A stretch of DNA of 64,000 nucleotides from Bradyrhizobiaceae bacterium (GTDB taxonomy: Bacteria; Bacteroidota; Ignavibacteria; Kapaibacteriales; Kapaibacteriaceae), in the NCBI GenBank assembly GCA_024103135.1, contig JAGFIZ010000066.1, positions 12,568-76,567 on the forward strand. The letters run 5' to 3'. Position 1 is the stretch's first letter. Every line of letters starts with the position of its first letter. Shown piece after piece: positions 27,021 to 36,599 of this stretch. A program made the translations under genes and the position numbers. The notes beneath the pieces were generated by a model that saw only the letters and a program-made list of their open reading frames with translations, was not told where the DNA came from and did no database searches.

Positions 27021-29933
27021 CTATTGTTTGACGACAGTTTGGTAGGTAACGTGATCTTCGTTGCGAACAATCACAAAGTACGTGCCATTTGCCAGTGTGC
27101 TGACGTTGATCGGAATGGTGCGCTCTCCGCTGAGTTCGCCGTGATAGAGATCAGCAAGACGTTGGCCTGCCAATGAGTAGAGGGCAACATCAATCTCTGA
27201 AGCGTAGCCAACGATGCTTGCCATACAGGTAGACGAAGTAACGTTCCCTGCAATGGAGATCGTGGGGGACGGCTTGACGAGGTATTCGTGAACGGAGGTC
27301 GGATCGGTCGTATCGGCTGTGTCCGGCACCACGGCTCCTTCCAACCACTCGAGTGATCTGTCGAGAACCGTAGTGCGCTGCTTGCCATCACGAAAGCGTG
27401 CAGCGTTGATGCTAAGGAGGACGGTGCGTTGTTCGTTCACGGTGTAACGTGTACATACGATGCTCGACGTGTCGTGGCTTGCACGTAAGGCAGCATGGGT
27501 AGAGTCGGATACGGAGGTTACGACCACATCAGGCACATAGAAGGCACCGCGATGGTGATCAAGACGTGGTAGGGTGCAAAGTACCTGCTTCATGTCAAAC
27601 GTGATGGGATCACGTGCGTCACCTAGGAAGAGTCGCTGTCCATTGTCCGATGGAACTTGATCAGCACCACGTAAACGGGCTCCGAATCGGGAGAAGAAGA
27701 GTGTAGAACCAGGCAGATCTGTTCGCAGTAGCAGCGGGTCGTCTGCTACTAGCATCAGCTCCACGCCGCGATCCAGGAGACCTTGGATTACGGCATCGTC
27801 GGTAACGCTGATCTCACCAAAGCTTCCGCCATTCCACAATACTACTTGCAGGTTGGGGAGTAGATGAGCTGTTCTGACAAAGACGTCGGAACGCAGTGAA
27901 ACATATCCTACACGATCGGTCATGTCTACAGCTTCGGTAATCCTGAACACCTCCATGAGCGCGTCATCCACAACGGCCTTGGTGATTGAACGAGGGACGA
28001 GGGTGGTACGAGCACGAATGCCCTCGGTACCGTCACTCATGCGCTCGCGCAACTCGACTTCAAAGGCATGGAGAGAGTCGGGAAGCGTAAGAGTTACGCT
28101 TAGCATTTGCGTTGTAGCGACTGCGATGGTCACTTCGCTCTCATAGGGCAGTGCAGTCCAGTCGCTTGTCCCGTCCGCCGTTTGTGTTCGGATGTAGGCA
28201 ACGGTCGACGCTGTATGTGGAAGGGGGCTTTGATTATGGTAGTCAAAATCGACGTTGGCTTGAATGTCCGTGACCACGACGTCAGTACGTGCCTGAAGGT
28301 AAGAGTCGGCCTCCGTGTCGAGTCGACCAACAGTGCTGGTAGCTCTATCAACAAACCACAAACGATTGTCAGGTCCGTAGCAAATGCCCAACAATTCGGT
28401 AGCACCGGTGGGGATGGTGCCTAAGGGGTCGACGCCATCAGGAGTGATGGCAAACACATGAATGAGTCCGCTACTACGGTCACCAACGAAGAGGCGATTC
28501 CCTGAGACTTCAATGCCTACTGGTTCCACGAGGCCCGTGTTAATGACCGTGTCGACCATAGCCCCCTTCCATTCACTGTATTCTGCGAGTGGTTCGGTGC
28601 TTTCTTCGGGAGCCACGAGGTTGCGGACGAAGGAGCCGGTGCGAGTGTTCAAGCGCGTGACGATGTTTGCTCCTGGGTCAACGATGTAGAGCATGCCTGT
28701 TGACTTGTCGAGGGCGATATGTCCGGGTTCGCCAAGCTGTCCGCCTGACACGGTTGCATCGGCATACCGGCGGATGACGCCATCACGGTGGTCGGTACCG
28801 CCGACTTCGTGTGGGTCTTTGAAGTCGTAGCGTGTGATGTCCTTATAGTACGCATCGCTTACCCAATAGACATTTGCCGAATCGTGAGCGATTCCAAGAT
28901 TCTGCGGACTCTGGTGAAGCATGTCGAGGTGTGATGCGAGGATCCTTGAATCGCTTTGATAGCGAGAGGCGAACACGGCGGTATCGGCTGACCAGAGTGT
29001 AGGCCCCATAAACTGGTAGAACGGATTGTGGTTGCCAGGTGCACCATTCTGTGCCGTTGCAAACGTTCCGTTGCTGCCCATGGCGATTGCATGGGTTCGC
29101 CACATGAAGTGTGATGCCCGGCTGTCTTTCTTGATGGTGACGGAGCGATGTGCACTATCGATGGCGTTATGCAGAATGGCAATGGCATTCCCCGGATTGC
29201 TTGTTAGCACAACCCATAGATCATGAGGGTTAAGTGGACTATGATTAAAGTCAAGGTCCATCGGTGCGTTGATACCCTCCGCCGGGCCGGCCACAATGGT
29301 AGATCTGACGTTGTTGTTGAGGTATCGATCGGCAGGGTGTGAAGTAGAGGTGGGCATGCCTTGTGCGTGCGGCGTAGCATGGTCGGCAGCAACGCTTACA
29401 AGGTGTTCCAGATCAAGGTAGGGCTCGTCGGTAAGTGTGATGAACTGTACGATGCCCTTGTACACGACCATTGAAGCGTGGAGGTTGAGGGACTTGTTGT
29501 CCAGTCGCTGTTTTGCACCCAAGAGTTTTGCAAACCCATTGTTGGTATCGGTTAGCAGTGTCAGCACTGACGTGTCGTAGTTCATCCGTTGTTGGTGCAG
29601 CGTATTTGTCCGCTCATCATCTGCACTTACAGCATAGACGCGGATACCAAGCTGTTGCAAACGACGTGCATAACGATTGAGGTAGGCAAGCTGTTCGACG
29701 CAGTGTACGCAACTAAAACCCAGGTATCGGACGATGATGATGGGGTGCTGCATGGATGCAGATGTTAGGTCGACCCTGCGTTTGCCCGCAAGAACGTCAT
29801 GGTTAGGCAGCGGCATGGTACGCTGAACACGAGCAGGATAGCTCCGTTGTTCGTGTTCTTGCGTCATCACAGGAGCCGCCGTGCCGACAATCAGCAGAAT
29901 GCTGACGGTAGTGCGAAGTAGGGTGTTCATCAT
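27021..29933 (-). CDS. large secreted multidomain protein: N-terminal redoxin (thiol-disulfide oxidoreductase, CxxC), beta-propeller/NHL-like repeats, canonical T9SS C-terminal domain
   Basis: 970 aa. Signal peptide. FSCVHC in an AhpC/TSA-redoxin-like segment. Repeated YIVDPGANIV / LFVGDRSSGLIHVF-type blades. C-terminus ...VALYSLAGQRL...NGTYFVIVRNE...YQTVVKQ. Confidence 0.6.
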   Translation of the reverse strand: MMNTLLRTTVSILLIVGTAAPVMTQEHEQRSYPARVQRTMPLPNHDVLAGKRRVDLTSASMQHPIIIVRYLGFSCVHCVEQLAYLNRYARRLQQLGIRVYAVSADDERTNTLHQQRMNYDTSVLTLLTDTNNGFAKLLGAKQRLDNKSLNLHASMVVYKGIVQFITLTDEPYLDLEHLVSVAADHATPHAQGMPTSTSHPADRYLNNNVRSTIVAGPAEGINAPMDLDFNHSPLNPHDLWVVLTSNPGNAIAILHNAIDSAHRSVTIKKDSRASHFMWRTHAIAMGSNGTFATAQNGAPGNHNPFYQFMGPTLWSADTAVFASRYQSDSRILASHLDMLHQSPQNLGIAHDSANVYWVSDAYYKDITRYDFKDPHEVGGTDHRDGVIRRYADATVSGGQLGEPGHIALDKSTGMLYIVDPGANIVTRLNTRTGSFVRNLVAPEESTEPLAEYSEWKGAMVDTVINTGLVEPVGIEVSGNRLFVGDRSSGLIHVFAITPDGVDPLGTIPTGATELLGICYGPDNRLWFVDRATSTVGRLDTEADSYLQARTDVVVTDIQANVDFDYHNQSPLPHTASTVAYIRTQTADGTSDWTALPYESEVTIAVATTQMLSVTLTLPDSLHAFEVELRERMSDGTEGIRARTTLVPRSITKAVVDDALMEVFRITEAVDMTDRVGYVSLRSDVFVRTAHLLPNLQVVLWNGGSFGEISVTDDAVIQGLLDRGVELMLVADDPLLLRTDLPGSTLFFSRFGARLRGADQVPSDNGQRLFLGDARDPITFDMKQVLCTLPRLDHHRGAFYVPDVVVTSVSDSTHAALRASHDTSSIVCTRYTVNEQRTVLLSINAARFRDGKQRTTVLDRSLEWLEGAVVPDTADTTDPTSVHEYLVKPSPTISIAGNVTSSTCMASIVGYASEIDVALYSLAGQRLADLYHGELSGERTIPINVSTLANGTYFVIVRNEDHVTYQTVVKQ

Positions 29934-30090
29934 TTATCCATTCGATAGACAGAAACCAGCCAACTACATGACCGACCTAAAAGTTACGGCAAATCGCAAT
30001 CTGCAGTTGACACAGCAGCGAAAAACACCTGCACGGAGGAGGTGGATGGTGAGGGGCGCCGCCAAAGTTCCGCAGGCACCAGCTAATACA

Positions 30091-30114
30091 CCAAACACAA
30101 AAAGGCCCGAAGGC
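30091..30114 (-). terminator. rho-independent terminator downstream of tRNA-Pro
   Basis: On the minus strand: GGCCTTCGGGCC hairpin followed by TTTTTGT. Confidence 0.55.
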
Positions 30115-30149
30115 CTTTTATGATGGGAGACTACGGTGGTCTCTTGATG

Positions 30150-30224
30150 TCGGGGTGGCAGGATTCGAACCTGCGACCTTCTGTTCCCAAAACAGACGCG
30201 CTAACCGGGCTGCGCTACACCCCG
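30150..30224 (-). tRNA. tRNA-Pro (anticodon TGG)
   Basis: Reverse complement folds as acceptor CGGGGTG/CACCCCG, D-stem GCGC/GCGC, anticodon stem TCTGT/ACAGA with loop TTTGGGA (U33, G37), T-arm GCAGG-TTCGAAT-CCTGC. 75 nt. Confidence 0.85.
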
Positions 30225-30455
30225 AAGCCACAAAGTTCGGAAAGTTCTTTGTGTTGACCAAACAAAGGTTATACACATCGGTCAATGTGTATTTACACTT
30301 GCCTCTGCTGATATACCTAGGTATATTGTCGGCATAGACCTACTCCAAAACGAAATTTTAACAAGGCAAAAACAACATTTGGAGTGAAAGGTGAGAAGGG
30401 GAGTGCCCCCAGACGTGTGGTGACGTCTGGGGGTATCTCACATCTAGGGGGTCGG

Positions 30456-31784
30456 ATGACTGTAGTTTTGTATATGCAAGAATTTCTCCGCCGTACCGCG
30501 TTAACCGTTTTCCTGTTCCACTGCCTGCTGGCCTTCCAGCTGCATGCAGGTTCCGAAGTACCTGGTGCGAAGCAGCAACAGCCAATTGCCATTGAACATG
30601 CGACGATTCATACCGTCGCCTCTGGTACCCTGCAGAATGCTACCATCGTCATCGATAGTGGCGTGATTGCTGCCATTGGATCCAATGTGTCAATCCCCGC
30701 ACAGGCCCTGAGGATTGACGGGACAGGCATGCACGTATACCCCGGCATCATCGCTGCTAACACGACGCTTGGCCTTAACGAGATCGGGGCTGTTCGCGCT
30801 ACCCGCGATGCAAGCGAGGTGGGCAGCGTTAACCCGAATGTCCGCGCTGAAGTTGCCTACGAAGCCGATAGCGAGGTAATCCCTACCATTCGCTCGAATG
30901 GTATCCTCCTGGCTAACGTGCAACCGGAAGGTGGACTGGTAAGCGGGATGAGTTCTGTGATGAGATTGGATGGGTGGACGCGGGAGGACATTGCCGTCAA
31001 GCCCAGATCTGCCATGGTCATGAATTGGCCTGCAATGGACGTTATCCACGCATGGTGGATGAAGAAGAGCGATGAAGAGCAAGAACAAGATATCTCGAAG
31101 AACTTGGCAGCGGTGCGGACACTATTTCTTGAGGCACGTGCATATTGGAAAGCAACGCAACACGGCATTGAGCCAGGGAAGCGTGACCTGCGTCTGGAAG
31201 CAATGCGCTCCGTCCTCGATGGTTCCTTGCCGGTTATTGTCAACGCCAATTCCCAAAAACAAATCAACGCTGCTCTTGACCTTGCTCAAGAGTTCGGTCT
31301 GCATTTGATCATCCAAGGAGGCGAGGATGCACCGCTCGTTGCTAGCAGGTTGATTGCGATGGATGTTCCCGTTATCACGCGCAACGTGCATAGTCTGCCT
31401 GCACGAGCAGAAGATCCGTACGACGATGGATATACGCTGCCTAAACGACTGCAAGATGCTGGCGTTCGATACTGCATTGCCGATGATGGTTGGTGGCAGG
31501 TTCGCTCACTGCCGTATGAGGCAGGGACAGCCGTAGCCTATGGGCTGACCGAAGATCAAGCGCTGGCGGCGATTACATTGTCGGCTGCACGTATTCTTGG
31601 TATCGACCAACAGTACGGCTCACTGGAAGTGGGCAAGAGTGCAACGCTGTTCATCTCGAAGGGCAACTGCCTTGATGGACGGACCAATGTTGTGACGCAT
31701 GCCTGGATCGATGGACGTGCAGTTGACCTAAGCTCGAAGCAAACCAAGCTTGCAGAAAAGTATCGCCTACGATACTCACGATGA
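30456..31784 (+). CDS. amidohydrolase-family metal-dependent hydrolase (secreted/periplasmic)
   Basis: About 440 aa. Hydrophobic N-terminus. Amidohydrolase-superfamily pattern, including the C-terminal HAWIDGRAVD-type segment. Confidence 0.7.
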   Translation: MTVVLYMQEFLRRTALTVFLFHCLLAFQLHAGSEVPGAKQQQPIAIEHATIHTVASGTLQNATIVIDSGVIAAIGSNVSIPAQALRIDGTGMHVYPGIIAANTTLGLNEIGAVRATRDASEVGSVNPNVRAEVAYEADSEVIPTIRSNGILLANVQPEGGLVSGMSSVMRLDGWTREDIAVKPRSAMVMNWPAMDVIHAWWMKKSDEEQEQDISKNLAAVRTLFLEARAYWKATQHGIEPGKRDLRLEAMRSVLDGSLPVIVNANSQKQINAALDLAQEFGLHLIIQGGEDAPLVASRLIAMDVPVITRNVHSLPARAEDPYDDGYTLPKRLQDAGVRYCIADDGWWQVRSLPYEAGTAVAYGLTEDQALAAITLSAARILGIDQQYGSLEVGKSATLFISKGNCLDGRTNVVTHAWIDGRAVDLSSKQTKLAEKYRLRYSR

Positions 31785-32674
31785 TGAAGAAGAGAGTCGT
31801 TTCTCTAACGCCTGTGCCGCTTCCAACAACGTCGGTGAACATGGCTCGAAGAGCCATGTCGGCAGATGACTTTGCACGATTCCAAGCCGTACGACTGTTT
31901 GCTCTGACGTATTTATCAGATGGTCTGAAGATCTGTGGATGGCTCACGGTGCCAGGACACGACGCACCAAGCTATCCTGCAATCATCTTTAATCGTGGTG
32001 GCACTGGTGAGCGTGGTGCTCTAACGGATATCGGAGCAATGGCATTCATTGGTGCGTATGCTGCATGGGGCTACGTTGGTATCGCCTCGAACTACCGTGG
32101 TATCGGCGGAAGCGAGGGCACCGAAGAGTGGGGCGATAACGATGTTACCGACGCGATGGGTCTGCTCGACGTCCTCCAAGAGCTCGGCTATGCCGATATG
32201 CAACGTCTGGGCTTGGTAGGGGGCTCACGAGGCGGAATGATGGCGTTGATGATGCTGCGACAGTCATCAGCATTCAGAGCAGCAGTAACCTTTGGCGCTC
32301 CTACCATGATTCATACGGAATCGGTGAAGACGTACATCAGGGCAACCATGGGCAAGCTGCTTCCAGCTGGTAGCGATGAGCAGACCGAGGCAGAACGCAG
32401 GAGCGCTGTTCTATGGGCCGATGAGTTGTGTAAGACAACACCACTCTTGATTCAACATGGTACCGGCGATAGGCGCGTACCGCCGACTCATGCATTGGCT
32501 CTGGCCTCTGAATTACAACGGATCCATCATCCGTACAAGCTGGTGATGTATGATAATGCCGATCATGTGTTGGCGGGCCGACGTGACGTGAGCACGGCTG
32601 ACGTGCGCTGGTGGCTCGATCACTATGTCCTTAAGTCTTCTCCTCTTCCTACAACGGGTCCTCATGGCGCATAG
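31781..32674 (+). CDS. alpha/beta-hydrolase, S9 prolyl-oligopeptidase/dienelactone-hydrolase-like
   Basis: Nucleophile elbow GGSRGG (GxSxG) and C-terminal DxxxH (NADHV). Its start overlaps the upstream stop (ATGA). Confidence 0.75.
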   Translation: MMKKRVVSLTPVPLPTTSVNMARRAMSADDFARFQAVRLFALTYLSDGLKICGWLTVPGHDAPSYPAIIFNRGGTGERGALTDIGAMAFIGAYAAWGYVGIASNYRGIGGSEGTEEWGDNDVTDAMGLLDVLQELGYADMQRLGLVGGSRGGMMALMMLRQSSAFRAAVTFGAPTMIHTESVKTYIRATMGKLLPAGSDEQTEAERRSAVLWADELCKTTPLLIQHGTGDRRVPPTHALALASELQRIHHPYKLVMYDNADHVLAGRRDVSTADVRWWLDHYVLKSSPLPTTGPHGA

Positions 32675-34712
32675 ATCTTGGTTCATTGCTTCGTTACCTT
32701 CACTATTGCTTTACATGCTGCTGTGCTATGCACAGCATGATTTGCAAGCCCAGTTCGTTGAGAAGATTATCCTCGATGATGGATTGCGAGATGCAATGTC
32801 CACCAAGCACTCCTGTATGGTGCAGGCGGGAGAATTCCCATTGCATGTAATTGACTCGCTTATCGACGTGCGTGAGTATGAGCTGTGGTTTGATTGGTAT
32901 GACTTGTTGGTGGATCCAACGTATGCCGGACAAGGCCGACAGTATGATGGACACGTCAAGATTGTCCTGGTTGTAGCCGAGGCGACCGATACCGTACGCC
33001 TGAATTCACGGTCAATGGTCATAGACTCAGTCCACATTAACGGTGCACCGACAACGTTCAAGGTTTCGACCACGTCCACCATAATCACACGTGCGCCTGG
33101 TTTCGCCCCCTCCCAAACGTACGTGGTGGATGTGTGGTATGCACCGGTACAGCGGAGGAGAGGACTCTATGCTTACAGTGCATCGGAGATTGACTCACTT
33201 GGTTCGATACCAACGAATCTGGTGTACACGTTTTCTGAACCCAACGATGCTGCTTTCTGGTTCCCATGTCACAACATGCCACATGACAAGGCACTGTTCA
33301 CCCTGCATGCACGGGTGCCTGACGGTTATACGGTAGTCAGCAACGGTGTGCAGACCGACAGCATCGTCGATGGTGATTCGGCAACCTGGCAGAGTTGGCA
33401 TTGTCCTGTCGAAATGCCGACCTACTTGTTTGTGGCTAATGCATCAAAGTTTTCGCGACTTGATCAAACGGCGACGTCTGTTGACGGAAGAACGATACCC
33501 ATTAGCAACTACTATTGGGCAGTGGACCACGATACTTCTCGATACTTCAGTGCTGTTAGAGCATTTAAGAATCTTCCACGCATGGTGTCGGCGTTAGAAC
33601 AGTACTTCGGACCATATCCATTCGACACCTATGGTCATACGGTGGTCTGGCCTATTGGCGTTGGCGGGATGGAGCATCAGACGATGACTACCGTATCGCG
33701 TCGGTGGCTCGTTGGTGATCTTGACTTTGCCTTCGCCCATGAACTCGGACATCAGTGGTCCGGTGATCAGGTTACGTGCGGCACATGGTCCGACATCTGG
33801 CTCAACGAGGGTGGTGCCTCGTGGTCAGAAGCCTTATGGTTGAAGGAGGTCGGTGGCGACAGTGAGTACCAGAGGCAGATGATGGGCAGGGCAGAGAAGT
33901 ACTTCCACACAGCACGTCTGGAACCACCAGTTTACGACCTGCCTTTAGTGAGCTTGTTCAACGAAGCGCTAACGTACTGCAAGTCGGCCTGGATTTACCA
34001 CATGATGTATTCAATGTGTGGCGATGATTTTCTTCGTGCGCTGCATTCGTGGTATTCGTCAGCTCCAACATCGAAGCAGACTGCGGAGTTTGTGGCATTC
34101 ATCAAACAGGAAGTGCCGAACACCCCTGTGGCATGGGACACGTTCTTTGACCAGTGGTTGCTTCAGACCTATCATCCAAAACTTGCTGCCGTGTTCGTTG
34201 TAAACACCAACCCTCATGACGGCAAGTATGTCGTCAATGTTGATCTACAGCAAGTTCAGCACCTTGAGGGTATAACGACGGTGTTTGAGTTTCCGCTCGA
34301 TATTAGAGTAGCAACTGGTACCACGGTGTATGATACGACCATCATCGTACGATCAAACGATGTGAAGACGCGTCTGTCGGTGCCGTTCATGCCGACGGAG
34401 TTTGACCTTGATCCGGATCACAAGGTGTTGATGCAGGACACCATCTCCATTGTTACGTCAGTCGATACCGATGTCATCCAGCCATCCATCCTTGGAGCAA
34501 ACAGTGGGATCGTGGGCAACCCTATTCACACACGTTTGCCAGAAGGTGCACGACTCCGAGTGTACTCGGTGACGGGTCAGCAACTATTTGCAAAGCAATC
34601 ATCATCAGAGCAATGTCTGATTCCTACCGAAGGGTGGGCACCAGGCGTAGTACTCCTGGTCTTCGAATCCGAAACCGGCAATGTCTCGATTCCATTTATC
34701 CTTACGCAGTAG
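32664..34712 (+). CDS. M1-family zinc aminopeptidase with T9SS C-terminal domain
   Basis: HELGHQW followed by E 18 residues later (LNEGGASW), i.e. HEXXH-X18-E. Signal peptide. C-terminal RLRVYSVTGQQL...GVVLLVFESETGNVSIPFILTQ CTD-like. Confidence 0.8.
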   Translation: MAHRSWFIASLPSLLLYMLLCYAQHDLQAQFVEKIILDDGLRDAMSTKHSCMVQAGEFPLHVIDSLIDVREYELWFDWYDLLVDPTYAGQGRQYDGHVKIVLVVAEATDTVRLNSRSMVIDSVHINGAPTTFKVSTTSTIITRAPGFAPSQTYVVDVWYAPVQRRRGLYAYSASEIDSLGSIPTNLVYTFSEPNDAAFWFPCHNMPHDKALFTLHARVPDGYTVVSNGVQTDSIVDGDSATWQSWHCPVEMPTYLFVANASKFSRLDQTATSVDGRTIPISNYYWAVDHDTSRYFSAVRAFKNLPRMVSALEQYFGPYPFDTYGHTVVWPIGVGGMEHQTMTTVSRRWLVGDLDFAFAHELGHQWSGDQVTCGTWSDIWLNEGGASWSEALWLKEVGGDSEYQRQMMGRAEKYFHTARLEPPVYDLPLVSLFNEALTYCKSAWIYHMMYSMCGDDFLRALHSWYSSAPTSKQTAEFVAFIKQEVPNTPVAWDTFFDQWLLQTYHPKLAAVFVVNTNPHDGKYVVNVDLQQVQHLEGITTVFEFPLDIRVATGTTVYDTTIIVRSNDVKTRLSVPFMPTEFDLDPDHKVLMQDTISIVTSVDTDVIQPSILGANSGIVGNPIHTRLPEGARLRVYSVTGQQLFAKQSSSEQCLIPTEGWAPGVVLLVFESETGNVSIPFILTQ

Positions 34713-34714
34713 CA

Positions 34715-35365
34715 ATGCCAAATCAGTCAGAACTCGATCTTGCTTCACTCCGCACGGAGTACTCTCGTGCCAGTCTGGACATCACCTCAGTCGTGGCCGA
34801 CCCCTTGCTTCAGTTCAAGCACTGGTTTACCGAAGCAACGGAGGCAGGTGTTTTGGAACCATCGGCGATGATGTTGGCAACGACATCGGCCGAAGGGATA
34901 CCTTCGGCAAGAGTCGTGCTACTCAAGGGACTCGACAATGGCTTTGTGTTCTACACGAATTATGCCAGTCACAAAGGACAGGACTTGGAGGAGAATCCAG
35001 CGGCAGCACTCTTGTTCTTCTGGCCTGAGCTGCAACGACAAGTTCGCATACAGGGGACGGTTCATCGAACAACCGAAGAAGAGAGTACGGCATACTTTCA
35101 GTCACGTCCACACGACAGTCAGATTGGCGCATGGGCCTCTGCGCAAAGCACGGTTATTGAATCTCGCGAAGCATTGGACCAGCTACATGCAGAGTTTGCC
35201 TCAAAGTTTCAGGAGGGGAGTGTTCCCAAGCCCCCTACCTGGGGCGGATTCAGACTCATGCCTACGCACATTGAGTTCTGGCAGGGCCGACCCAGTCGAT
35301 TGCACGACAGGATTCGATACCGACTCGTAGCCGATACATGGACGATTGAACGACTCTGTCCATAG
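34715..35365 (+). CDS. pdxH: pyridoxamine 5'-phosphate oxidase
   Basis: RVVLLKG, FVFYTNY, WGGFRL, IEFWQGRPSRLHDR motifs. The start is trimmed to MPNQSELD. Confidence 0.9.
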   Translation: MPNQSELDLASLRTEYSRASLDITSVVADPLLQFKHWFTEATEAGVLEPSAMMLATTSAEGIPSARVVLLKGLDNGFVFYTNYASHKGQDLEENPAAALLFFWPELQRQVRIQGTVHRTTEEESTAYFQSRPHDSQIGAWASAQSTVIESREALDQLHAEFASKFQEGSVPKPPTWGGFRLMPTHIEFWQGRPSRLHDRIRYRLVADTWTIERLCP

Positions 35366-35531
35366 GTCGTGATCAAAGACGCTTGAAACATTCTGCGTCT
35401 GCAACCACCAGTAATAGTCGATCAGCGATTGACGATGATCGACAATCAGCGAACAACGATCATCGACTAGCGATTGACGATGATCAACGATCATCGACTA
35501 GTGAATAACGATCAACGCGATTCGTTCACTA
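35366..35531. repeat. GATC-dense degenerate tandem repeat (CGATTGACGATGATC(G/A)AC / ATCATCGACTAG units) preceded by a hairpin. It fills the spacer between convergent pdxH and an ABC permease gene.
   Basis: Seven GATC sites in 166 bp, counted by hand. Repeated 19-nt CGATTGACGATGATCGACA / CGATTGACGATGATCAACG and ATCATCGACTAGCG / ATCATCGACTAGTG. Hairpin AGACGC-12nt-GCGTCT at 35377-35400. Confidence 0.5.
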
Positions 35532-36599
35532 CTAGCTACGCAAACGCGGATCAGTTGCATCGCGCAAGGCATCACCGATGAAGTTGAATGCCGACACGGT
35601 CACGAAGATCATCAGACCCGGGAAGACGGCAAGCCACCAACTATACGTGCTTGCTCTGGCCTTTGAGAGAACGGAGCCCCAGGTGACGACGGTAGGAGGG
35701 ACGCCGAAGCCAAGGAAGGACAAGGCGCTTTCCAGGAGGACGGAGCTTACGATACCAAAGGCAGCGTAGACTAACACCGGTGCAATGGCATTAGGCAACA
35801 CGTGCCTGAACACAACGCGCATGGTGCCAAAACCCAGTGCGGTTGCAGCACTCACGTAGTCGAGGTTTCTCACGCGCAACACCTCGCCCCGCATGAACCG
35901 CGCCACAGCAGTCCACCCAGTGAGACCGATCAAAACCATGATCAACCAAATGGAACCCTGCTCGACCATTGCAGAGATGGTGATGATCAAGAACAACCTT
36001 GGCACCGTTATGACTACCTCGATGAGACGCGATATCACCATGTCGGTAGCACCACCAAAGAACCCAGCAAACGCACCAAGCACAATGCCTAGTACAAGAG
36101 CAATCGACATTGCCACCACACCGATCGACAATGCATAGCGTGACCCATGGATCAACCCCGCAAGCACGTCACGTCCGATGTCGTCCGTACCAAGCAAATG
36201 CTTGCCCGAAGGAGCTCGTTCCTTGAGCGACACCAATCGTTTATCCGTCGTCCCTGGGCTGTATGGAACCGGTGCAAACACTGCCCAATCATACTGCAAT
36301 TCCTTCCAGACGGCAGTGGCTTCTTCGGCTGTCCACGATGTGAAACCAAGAGCAACGGCATACTCCTTAAGAACAGGACTCGACCAGCTACCATTGCGTG
36401 AGCACAGCAGCGGCTTGTCGTTCGCCAACACGTCGGCCAACAAAGCAATGCATATCATCAAGCCAACAACCCACACACTGATTACGCCGAACGTACTCTT
36501 CTTGAACTGACGGCGCACAAAGCTGGTGTAGGTTTCGCCAACGATCTCGACCGATGCGGAAGGGGGCTGGGTAGCAGCATTCTTCTTCGACCACTTCAT
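35532..36599 (-). CDS. ABC transporter permease, oligopeptide/dipeptide type (OppC/DppC-like)
   Basis: 355 aa, 6 TM. Permease signature region of the binding-protein-dependent transport system inner-membrane component. Confidence 0.8.
   Translation of the reverse strand: MKWSKKNAATQPPSASVEIVGETYTSFVRRQFKKSTFGVISVWVVGLMICIALLADVLANDKPLLCSRNGSWSSPVLKEYAVALGFTSWTAEEATAVWKELQYDWAVFAPVPYSPGTTDKRLVSLKERAPSGKHLLGTDDIGRDVLAGLIHGSRYALSIGVVAMSIALVLGIVLGAFAGFFGGATDMVISRLIEVVITVPRLFLIITISAMVEQGSIWLIMVLIGLTGWTAVARFMRGEVLRVRNLDYVSAATALGFGTMRVVFRHVLPNAIAPVLVYAAFGIVSSVLLESALSFLGFGVPPTVVTWGSVLSKARASTYSWWLAVFPGLMIFVTVSAFNFIGDALRDATDPRLRS

Noticed and set aside
35201-35494. 97-aa minus-strand ORF with an IVDHRQSL tandem peptide repeat
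   Set aside because: It is the translation of the GATC-rich intergenic DNA repeat and overlaps the pdxH 3' end. No start context. The repeat is better explained at the DNA level.
35366-35531. Possible CRISPR array (short repeats in intergenic DNA here and at 21541-21625)
   Set aside because: Repeats are degenerate and lack regular unique spacers of constant length. No cas genes are present in the window.
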